Virus record (IMG/VR): IMGVR_UViG_3300025000_000055 | Strand: one strand, 5' to 3' | Source of the DNA: a virus | Taxonomy: Duplodnaviria > Caudoviricetes | Length of the DNA stretch: 64,000 nucleotides | Notes under the pieces: generated by a model | Seen by the model: only the letters and a program-made list of their open reading frames with translations | What the model was told of the DNA's origin: nothing | Database searches by the model: none | Translations under genes and position numbers: made by a program | Shown: positions 38,705 to 48,100 of the stretch, in pieces | Layout: the number at the start of each line of letters is the position of its first letter | How positions within the stretch are numbered: position 1 is the stretch's first letter

Positions 38705-40381
38705 TTATTGTTGTTCTCTGTTATTTATCATAATAGAAATATATTGATTACTAGATAATAATAAAGATATTATTGATGTTACAGCTTTTAATATTTCAAT
38801 ATCTGTTTGACAAGAATTAATAATGTCTTTAGAAAAATCATCATAAACTAAATTCCAACATTCTTTTCTTTTAATACATTCTTCAATTAATAAATCAATT
38901 GAAGGATTAGTTCCTTTAGATTTATTATCTAATACTTTAGAAAACACTTCAATGAAAGTTTTTCTTAATAATTTAAAGAATTTCTTCTCGACATCATTAA
39001 ATTTAATTCCATCATTTAACAATTCATCTATAACAATTGGAATAATTAAATTTCCACCAATATTATATCCATATTTAAATGCTGATTCACAGGCTTTAAC
39101 AGCATCCTCAACTAAGTCATAATTAGTGGTTTTCACTAAAGACGAATTACCACCAATATTTATTATACCCATTTTACAAGTCAATTTGGATACTCTCTGT
39201 TTTAAATCATAAATTTGAGTATTAACAATGTTTAAATTCTGATTTGTTTCTTCAACCTCTTTAAATTTAGCAACAGCATCATTCATATATACATCATAAG
39301 TATTTTGTTTAATAGAGTTAAAACCTTTAATAATAGTTGTCTTACTTCCAATTAAAATTTTATCAACTTGGCCGATATAATAGTTAATATACCCGTCATC
39401 TTCTTTTTCCAAATCATACATAGTATTTTCACTAACAAGCATTGCACCAGTTAACATACAGAAATCATTATAGAATAAGTTTTGTAGATTATTAAATAAT
39501 GAAACTCTTGTATAAACAGTTTTACTTGTTCCAGTTGATCTAAATTCTATATTTGATGTTTGTTTTATATAATTTAATAATAAACTATCATAATGGGGGG
39601 CTACAACAACAACACGTCTATTAGTTGAAATACCTAATTGAATTACTTTAGATATAACTTTATCAAAATGAATTTTTTCAATTTTATGATCAAACATGAT
39701 GATTAAAGGATTTTCAATCTCACATATACCATTATCATTTTCTGCATATATACTGTCAAGATAAGTGATATTAGCCTTATACCCCTCAATTATTTCACAT
39801 GATGTGATATCGGTTTTTGAAGGAGAAAATTCAATACTCGGATTATCAGTTTCTTTATATATTTTATGAATCATATCAGATAGGATGTTATCCCCATTAG
39901 TTGAAATCATTGCCAATTGATAAATCTCTTGATAATTATTTTCTTTAGTTATTTTGATAGAATTTTGTAATATTTTATCAGTAATCATTCTAACACAAAT
40001 TGATAAAATATCAGTAAAATCCCTCGGTCTTATCTTTTTTAATTCTTCGTCAGAATCTAAAAGTTTTAGTAGTGAGTTTGCTGCAACTAATGAAGAAGAA
40101 CTACCATCTCCAACTTTAATTACAACCTGTGCCGCTATATTAATTAATAATTGCTTGATATTATTATCAATACTATTATTGGAATTGATATTTTTTAATA
40201 TCTGCCAACCATCTTTGGTAATATGCATTTCTCCAAATTTTTCAATAATAGTATTTGAACCATACGGGCCTAGACTTTTTTGTATAGCAGAAGAAACCTT
40301 CTCAAAAATCATACGAATTCGTTGTTTAAATTCATCTTCCCCAATAATATTCCAGTCATTTTTGTTTTCAAAAGTAAGCAT
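38705..40381 (-). CDS. groEL: phage chaperonin, GroEL-like
   Basis: SLGPYG, ITKDGWQIL, VGDGSSS, VEDAVKA..A, GG..I; ATG 40381 after GGAGG. Confidence 0.92.
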   Translation of the reverse strand: MLTFENKNDWNIIGEDEFKQRIRMIFEKVSSAIQKSLGPYGSNTIIEKFGEMHITKDGWQILKNINSNNSIDNNIKQLLINIAAQVVIKVGDGSSSSLVAANSLLKLLDSDEELKKIRPRDFTDILSICVRMITDKILQNSIKITKENNYQEIYQLAMISTNGDNILSDMIHKIYKETDNPSIEFSPSKTDITSCEIIEGYKANITYLDSIYAENDNGICEIENPLIIMFDHKIEKIHFDKVISKVIQLGISTNRRVVVVAPHYDSLLLNYIKQTSNIEFRSTGTSKTVYTRVSLFNNLQNLFYNDFCMLTGAMLVSENTMYDLEKEDDGYINYYIGQVDKILIGSKTTIIKGFNSIKQNTYDVYMNDAVAKFKEVEETNQNLNIVNTQIYDLKQRVSKLTCKMGIINIGGNSSLVKTTNYDLVEDAVKACESAFKYGYNIGGNLIIPIVIDELLNDGIKFNDVEKKFFKLLRKTFIEVFSKVLDNKSKGTNPSIDLLIEECIKRKECWNLVYDDFSKDIINSCQTDIEILKAVTSIISLLLSSNQYISIMINNREQQ

Positions 40382-40463
40382 TTTTTTTACCTCCAATTAT
40401 TTTTTCTTTTAGTCTTTAGAAATATGTTATTATCATAATTATTTTTTAATATTTAGGGTTACG

Positions 40464-41150
40464 TTATCTAAAATTATAAGGTGAGAATGTTGCAAATTTA
40501 AATATTCTTTCTACTAATAAATCTTCTACACTAAATCTTGGTACAAGTATATTTTCTTTATTTAAAGTAAAATTATAAGCATAATTAGCTACAATTATAT
40601 TAGTATATTCAGTTTTATTTAGTTCCATAATAATACCAATATCTATAATATTTCTAAGAATATATGTTGTAACACCTGATAATTTCTTAATAGCATTAAA
40701 TAAATTACCAGTAATATAGTTAACTTTAGTCATATCTTTAAATTGAGTTTGTATATCTATATGGACTCTCTTATCATACTTATCAGTATGGATATAAATT
40801 TTTTCAGTAAATTTTTGTTTTAACATTACTTGTATACTAGAACTTATTATAAGAGGAGTTGACATAATATACATATCACTGAATTTATAAAATATATCAT
40901 TCAATGCTTTATTATAATCAAATTCTTTTTTAGCTAAGTATTCAACTATATTAATAGTCCTACGTTGAATACAGAATTTAAGTAATTCAATCATATTTAA
41001 TTTATCTATTAAAGAAAAATTAATAAATTCATCATATACATTCCTATATGTAGTTCTCATCTGATGTAAAATAAAAGGATACGGGTTCTTAATAATTTCA
41101 TCATAACAAATAAAAAATATTTCAGGTCTTTTAACAAATTCAGTACTCAT
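40464..41150 (-). CDS. hypothetical protein, possible degenerate HAD-like fold
   Basis: FFICYDEIIK at the N-terminus; weak evidence. Confidence 0.5.
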   Translation of the reverse strand: MSTEFVKRPEIFFICYDEIIKNPYPFILHQMRTTYRNVYDEFINFSLIDKLNMIELLKFCIQRRTINIVEYLAKKEFDYNKALNDIFYKFSDMYIMSTPLIISSSIQVMLKQKFTEKIYIHTDKYDKRVHIDIQTQFKDMTKVNYITGNLFNAIKKLSGVTTYILRNIIDIGIIMELNKTEYTNIIVANYAYNFTLNKENILVPRFSVEDLLVERIFKFATFSPYNFR

Positions 41151-41220
41151 TTAAATCATCCTTTATTTTTAAATTATTAAAAGACTATAATGAAAAAATC
41201 ATTATAGTCTTTTAATATTC

Positions 41221-42006
41221 TTACATAAATTCGTCGATACTGTTTATATTATCTATATTACTAATTTCGGTTGTTTCACTATTTGAAGGCGTATTGGTAT
41301 TACTACCATTAGAGAAAACATTATTTTGTCTTCCATAGGTACGACCTTCAATTCCATTTTTCTTTGCAATACCTTCAAGATATTTTATAGAAGCATCCCT
41401 ATATCCTTTATCAGCATATCTGACGGAATGTGCAACCCCATTTGATAAACAATCCCTACCACTTTTTAATAATTTCATAAAAGTAAGTAGCTCAGAATGA
41501 AGATTAGAAGTAATTTCAAATGTACCTTCTTCTTCATTATAATCATCAATCCTGTAAGACCTGTTAAATTCATAGCATATACTCATTTCAGGTTTTTTAG
41601 TTTCTTCATTTAGATTTTTATATATAGCAGCATAAGGTCTGTTACTACCAATAATTTTATTACCAGTTGCAATAACAAATAAAGAGTTTGCACCAACAGG
41701 AACTCCGATAGATTTAATTTTATTTTCTTTAAGAGCTGGAAGAAGTATTTCTACAAAATCATTAATAAGAATTGTTAGTTTTTCGACTGTGAGTGCTGTT
41801 GATACAGTTGTCTCATAATCAAATACTTTAGACTCAGTTTGTTTATTTTTATCTAAAGCTGGATTCATTTTAATAGAAACAAAATCATTCCAGAACCCAA
41901 ATGTTAAAGAAGATGGGTCAAATCCATCCTTATTTCTAAATTGAGTACCCTTAGTATTAACATTAACAACATTTTTTGAATTATTTTGTGAGTTATTAAT
42001 AAACAT
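41221..42006 (-). CDS. putative single-stranded DNA-binding protein
   Basis: Beta-rich core, disordered linker, acidic-hydrophobic tail NSIDEFM; sits among replication genes. Confidence 0.45.
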   Translation of the reverse strand: MFINNSQNNSKNVVNVNTKGTQFRNKDGFDPSSLTFGFWNDFVSIKMNPALDKNKQTESKVFDYETTVSTALTVEKLTILINDFVEILLPALKENKIKSIGVPVGANSLFVIATGNKIIGSNRPYAAIYKNLNEETKKPEMSICYEFNRSYRIDDYNEEEGTFEITSNLHSELLTFMKLLKSGRDCLSNGVAHSVRYADKGYRDASIKYLEGIAKKNGIEGRTYGRQNNVFSNGSNTNTPSNSETTEISNIDNINSIDEFM

Positions 42007-42056
42007 ATTTTAACTACCTCCAATATTTTTTATTTATAATAAAGTTTATTGTATTT

Positions 42057-42473
42057 TTAAATACAACCTAAAATAAAATATTTAAGTTTATAATTCTTAG
42101 GATTTCTAAATATATTAATAATAAATGAACATATAGAATATTTCCTTCCCTTTCTATTTATTCTTTTAAAAGTAAAGATATCTTTATTAGAAAAATCAGG
42201 ATTTTCTCCAAAAATCAGATGTACCTCTTTTAAAAATCTTTTTGACCTTTTCTTTAATAATAAGAATTCTTTACGTGAACAACTAGAACCTAGCACACTC
42301 TTTTTTCTATTGTTCTGTGAAACAATACACTTAGCTATTTTATAAATAAAGTAAAAAGTTCTTTCTTTTAATTTATTAAATACTTCTACTAAACCATTTG
42401 AAAATTTTATTAATACATCTTTAAGATTACTTGTAATTTTATTTAATAGTTCTAAATCAATACCTAATTTCAT
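42057..42473 (-). CDS. hypothetical basic protein
   Basis: GGGGG RBS; 138 aa. Confidence 0.55.
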   Translation of the reverse strand: MKLGIDLELLNKITSNLKDVLIKFSNGLVEVFNKLKERTFYFIYKIAKCIVSQNNRKKSVLGSSCSRKEFLLLKKRSKRFLKEVHLIFGENPDFSNKDIFTFKRINRKGRKYSICSFIINIFRNPKNYKLKYFILGCI

Positions 42474-42506
42474 AAATTAACCCCCTTTATAATTTTAATA
42501 TATAAA

Positions 42507-44453
42507 TTATATACGTAGTATATTACTATGATATTCATCTTCAGTTGTCTTAATAGTAGCAATACCCAAACTATCTAATACTCCATGGAATGTAGATAGA
42601 TTATTATTTATAATAGTATTATAATCAATAAAAGGAATAATCCAATCTGGTATCTTAGGTATATTTCTAGGTAAACCTATAACTTTAACTCCTTTCTCTC
42701 TTATTTTCTTATCACTAGCATGATATATATTTTCAATAATTCTCTCATATATTTCGGGTTCGGATTGCTTTATTTTTTCAATAGATTCTTCATCCATATT
42801 AACCTTAATAATATCAATATGTTCAGGTAATTCTATTGTATTATCTGGATAAGCAAAATTCCATGCTAAAACAGCACGAACACCCATTTCTCTTAATGGA
42901 TCTTTATACGCTTCTAATTCCTTTACTGATTTAGGAATTAAGAATTCCTTCTCTCCAGATTGTAATGATAATCTAATCATATTTTCTAATTTTTCTAATT
43001 CTTTTAAAATATTAGATATATTGATTTCTTCAGTTGATAATAAATGCTCTTTAATAAGATTTTTAAAGAATTTTTCTGTTGCCTCTCTTGTCGATGATTT
43101 AACAAAGTCTAAGCCCTTTATATCAATTTTCTCAGGATATAACTCTTCACCCTCCCTTAGTCTAATACTAGCAATATATCTTTTCTTTTTTTGTGTTAAT
43201 ATTAGTCTTGTAAATAAAAATTCATTTTTCATATTTATTTTTGGTCTATATCTTTTAGGTATATTTACATTTTTAGTATATTTTTTTAATGTATCTGTAA
43301 CCATATTAGTTATTATATATGCTAATATATTAATAGAAATAAATTTTAATTCAGTTTTATCTTTATTTATTAATTTATCATTAACATTAATAATATCAAA
43401 TCTAATAAACTTAACCCAATCATCAACTGTTAATATAGTAGAATCAGTATCTGAACCGACTACAATTTTTCTTTTGTCATATTTAAGTCTACGAATTCTA
43501 TTATATGGTGAAAAGTTAAAGAAAACAAACTCTTTATAGTATTCCCATAAGAGTTCTAAATCTTCTTTTATATTTTTGGGTATATTGCTAGGATTTTTAA
43601 AAGTATCAGTATTTTCTATAATATATGATAACATATTTCTTATTTTTCTTAATTTTGAAAACTCAAGTATATTATTTTTATAATAAATTCTATTAATATC
43701 TTTTTGACTTAAGGTCATTAAATAATTTAAAATAACAGAATTATATTCTTCTTTATATTTAAAAAATCTTTTCTTTAAATATTTCATTAATTGTTTTAGA
43801 CTAATATTTTCTAAAAAATTATCATTAAAAATTCTTTTTTCTTTAATTACATTGGATATAAAAAATATACACTCCTCCAAATTATTAAAAGGTGCATTAT
43901 TTCCTAAGAAGGTTTCAAAAGACATTTCAGCAGTACTAATCAATGACTGTCCAACATTTGTCACAGCTGATGCTATATATATATTAAAAAAATTAGATGT
44001 TGGTGCTCCACTTGCTCCGTAAAAGCTATTTGCGTTTACTTTTTCAGAACCTTGTAATCTATCAAATGTACCATATTCATAATCATCTTTAGAATATTTT
44101 TTTAATTGACCCTTATACTCTTTTCTTAATGACATAAAATTTTCTAACATAACTGCGGCGGGGTTTAATGATTCATCTTGATTTTTAAAAAATACTCCAA
44201 ATCCAGCAATTATAGGTTTAGTTTTTTTTATCCAATCATATACTGATATTAAATCTACATTAATAGATTTATGAATATAATTATTATGAATAATAGCTTT
44301 AGGATTAATTATATTTTTATCTATTATATCATCTAAAACATTTGATATCTGTGTATCTGTTAATTCTGGATACATTCTTTTAAATATTTCTATATTATTT
44401 TCTTTCCAATCTTTTATAAATAAACTCTTATTTATTTTAGAAATTATTATCAT
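42507..44453 (-). CDS. polB: family B DNA polymerase core, lacking the exonuclease domain and motif A
   Basis: EKVNANSFYG (motif B), GSDTDS (motif C), KKKRY..IDIKGLD; start near 44453 after AAGGAG. Confidence 0.85.
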   Translation of the reverse strand: MIIISKINKSLFIKDWKENNIEIFKRMYPELTDTQISNVLDDIIDKNIINPKAIIHNNYIHKSINVDLISVYDWIKKTKPIIAGFGVFFKNQDESLNPAAVMLENFMSLRKEYKGQLKKYSKDDYEYGTFDRLQGSEKVNANSFYGASGAPTSNFFNIYIASAVTNVGQSLISTAEMSFETFLGNNAPFNNLEECIFFISNVIKEKRIFNDNFLENISLKQLMKYLKKRFFKYKEEYNSVILNYLMTLSQKDINRIYYKNNILEFSKLRKIRNMLSYIIENTDTFKNPSNIPKNIKEDLELLWEYYKEFVFFNFSPYNRIRRLKYDKRKIVVGSDTDSTILTVDDWVKFIRFDIINVNDKLINKDKTELKFISINILAYIITNMVTDTLKKYTKNVNIPKRYRPKINMKNEFLFTRLILTQKKKRYIASIRLREGEELYPEKIDIKGLDFVKSSTREATEKFFKNLIKEHLLSTEEINISNILKELEKLENMIRLSLQSGEKEFLIPKSVKELEAYKDPLREMGVRAVLAWNFAYPDNTIELPEHIDIIKVNMDEESIEKIKQSEPEIYERIIENIYHASDKKIREKGVKVIGLPRNIPKIPDWIIPFIDYNTIINNNLSTFHGVLDSLGIATIKTTEDEYHSNILRI

Positions 44454-44560
44454 CTCCTTTAATATAAGTTTTTGATAAAGAATTAATATTTTGTTATTGA
44501 GTTTCTTATTTTTTATTTTAATTGAAAAATGCCTATAGAACAATTAATTAAAAAAATGCA

Positions 44561-45034
44561 TTGAAAGGTTGTGTTATTGTGATATTTAATAAAAGTGGAA
44601 AAACAGATACTTCTACTGAAGATTTAAGTCCAGAATCATTATCTTTAATTATTGAGTCTATGATGAAAGATGAGTTAAGTAAAGAAGAATTGGAAGCTTT
44701 CTTAGAAAACTCATCTGAAGTTAATTCGGCTATGGGTGATGACATATTACTTGAAAGAACTATTGTCAGAATGGATAAATATGCAAAATTGAATAGGGCT
44801 CAAAAAATAGCAGTATTTACTATTGCTAAAGAAAAGAAAAACCCTAAATTTAAAAAATTATTAACTATTTGGAGAATTGAAAGATTCCTAGAAAATGAAC
44901 TTATGAAACAATACGGTAATGAAGGTATGCGTCGTGCTAAAGCTAGTTACAATAAAGCACGAACCTCAACTTCTAAGATCGTTAAAACTGTTGCTAATAA
45001 GGTTCATAGTCAGTTTAACAGTGGAATTAAATAA
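44561..45034 (+). CDS. putative head protein with acidic propeptide and basic C-terminus
   Basis: Late promoter at 44539; acidic region ends ILLE, then Lys/Arg-rich. Confidence 0.55.
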   Translation: MKGCVIVIFNKSGKTDTSTEDLSPESLSLIIESMMKDELSKEELEAFLENSSEVNSAMGDDILLERTIVRMDKYAKLNRAQKIAVFTIAKEKKNPKFKKLLTIWRIERFLENELMKQYGNEGMRRAKASYNKARTSTSKIVKTVANKVHSQFNSGIK

Positions 45035-45038
45035 TTTA

Positions 45039-45072
45039 AATAATACTAGATGTATATACATCTAGTATTATT
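45039..45072 (+). terminator. palindromic terminator
   Basis: AATAATACTAGATGTA-TA-TACATCTAGTATTATT followed by a T tract. Confidence 0.7.
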
Positions 45073-45159
45073 TTTCTATGTTCCATCGGTTAAAATATAT
45101 ATTATTAATAAGTAAAAAACAAATGAATAACTTATAATAAAGGAGAGGAATGATGTTAA

Positions 45160-48100
45160 TTGGAGAATAACATAAAAGAAATTATCGATCTATTAAGTAA
45201 TAAGGTTTTTGTTATTTCTGATATAATGGAAAGTAAAGAAACCTTTAATGACATATTAGAAACTGTTTATGACTATTTAAAACAAGGTTTCGAAATCAAA
45301 GAATTGAGAACATGTCCAACCTATTTTAAGTTTAAAGAAGAGGGTGAAATCCATGTATTACAATTAAGACATTTTCTTACCAATTTAATGTTTTGGGAAC
45401 CATTAATGAGATTTGATTATTCTGATAAGATAGATGAGACATATATTGTTGATTGTACTAAAATGTCAAGTAAACTAATTAAGAATTATATTGATAATAA
45501 GATAGTTATACCTTATAAAAGAATAATTCCTAATAAGAAAATGAACAAAGTTATTCATGATATGATTTATAATCTATCTAGAATTTCAAGAGATTTTAAT
45601 ATCATATTAGGTTTATCCATGAATCTTGAAACATTTATTGATGTTGCCAAAAGGAACCCAAGATTTAATGAAATTATTAGAACCCAATTGGATGAAGATA
45701 TGCAACCAACTGAAATTGAAGCATATTTAGATAAATTAATGTATGAACAAATGGATATTTTAAAAAATGACGAGGAGGGAAATTTATTAAAACCAATACT
45801 TAAATCAGGTGCTGGTATAAAAAGTAAACAATTGGCGGAGTTTTCAATTTCTTCAGGGTTAAATATTAGCCCCGTATATAGGCGACTATGTGCGTAAACC
45901 TCTTTAATTGCTGGAAAATCTCTCAAACTCTACTATTCTACCAAAAAAATATTAATAAAAGATGGTGTTAATATTGAAATTAGTTAGTGTTGATTACTAT
46001 AAAAAAGAAAGGCAATATACTATTACCTTTTTTAAGAATAAAAATGGATATAAAACAAGAACTAAAAGATTCACTTATTCTGAAAATACCCATGGTCCTT
46101 TTACTAAATTTCTTGCTATGTATACAGCAAAAACAGGTAAGAGATTATACCACTGGTTTGTTACCGATGGTATATATACCTCAGTTTTTATATATAATAA
46201 AACTTATGGTATTAAACGTATGCTAATAGACAATGAATTTATAGATATTGTAAGAAATCATAAAATTAATATAGTAAAAAATAAAACGGGTCAAGATATT
46301 TTTTATGCAATAATAAAAATGAATGGTAGAAATATTCATGTACATCGTCTTATTATGGGTTTAGGAAAATATAATAATGATCCAGTAGATCATATTTTTC
46401 ATGATTCTTTAGACAATAGGAGATTAAATCTACGTATTTGTACACCTAGTATTAATAATAGAAATTCAAGATTACGTGTTGATAATAAAAGTGGTATACA
46501 AGGAGTTTATTTTAGTAAGCATAGAAAAACATATATTGCAGAAGTAAGGGATTTAAATGGTAAAAAAATTAGAAAACACTTTAAAATAAAGCATAATGGT
46601 AGAGAGAAAGCCATTGAATTAGCAAAACAATGGCGTGATGAAATGGTAGAAGAATATTATGAGAGAAAATCAGCAGCGAAGCCTGAATTTCAGGAACGTT
46701 CAACGACTATCAAAAGCATGTTTATTATTAATATAAAAATATAATAAACATAAGCGAGTAGAGTAGGGCTAGAAGCTAATGCTAGTTCGAAACGGGAGGC
46801 ATCTCTATGAGATGATGATATAGTCTATTATCCTAGAGTAATTTAGGGAAGTTCATAAGAGAACTGTATAGGCGTTGCGTCCTATATGAATTAAAAGTAA
46901 AACCGACTCTTAGTGGTAACACTATACCTATACCAATTAATACAAATTATATAGTTGGTGGACTGAGAAATATATCTAATTATTATATTGATTCCCTAAA
47001 CTATATTGGGGCTTCATACAGTGATGTATGTTGAATAACTTCTTTAATTGTCGGGGAAGCTCTTAGAGCTTTTTATTATATAATAAAAAGATTGAGTAAT
47101 CCGCAGCTAAGATTCCTATTAGTTATAGGAATAAAGTTCAACGACTATCCCCCATTGGCTTTGAAATAAGCAATAGGAGTAGGGCTCAAGTGAGTGGGTG
47201 AGAATCCCTTAAATCGAAATAGGAAGCATCTCTATGAGATGAAGATATAGTCTGGTATCCTAATGAAAGTTAGGGAAGTTCATAAGAGAACTGCATAGAT
47301 TAACGACCTATGTGAACTTACGAGGTGGAAGAAAGTCTTTAATTATGAGCAAACTTGAAATGGGTAAATTGAGTTGCCCATGCTTCTTTAATTGTCGGGA
47401 AATCTCTTAGAGCCTAAAACTACCAAATCATAGTAGTGATATTATGGTGGCTTAGTCTAATCAACTAAGGTATGGTAACAAGGTTTTAGGATTGAGTAAT
47501 CCGCAGCTAAGTTATTTTGTTATGTGTGATATTTTTATATAATTAAAAAAATCTAAAAAAGGAGGTGATATAATATGGGAAAAGAAATATGGAATAAAAT
47601 TATTATTGATGATGAAAATACTAAATATAGTATTAGTTCTTATGGAAATATAAGAAATGATATTACAGGATTAATTTTAAAACCATTTAAAAATCATGAT
47701 GACTATCTTGTTATTACATTATACCATAAAGGTAAAAAATATCTTAGAAGAATTAATATTTTAGTGGCTAAAGCTTTTATACCTAATCCTTTAAATAAAC
47801 CTACAGTTAATCATAAAGATGGTATTAAAACTAATAATTATGTTTATAATTTAGAATGGGCTACTTATTCTGAACAAAACATTCATGCATTTAAAATGGG
47901 TTTAATGAAACCAAAAGTTGGAGAACAATCTCATTATAATAAATATCCAGAGACTACAATTCATAAAATATGCAAATTATTAGAAGATGGATATGACCGT
48001 AAGCAAGTATCTGAAAAATTAAATGTACCAAAATCTCTAATAAAACATATTATAGGTGGTGGATCATGGAAACATGTTTCTTCACTATATATAATAGATC

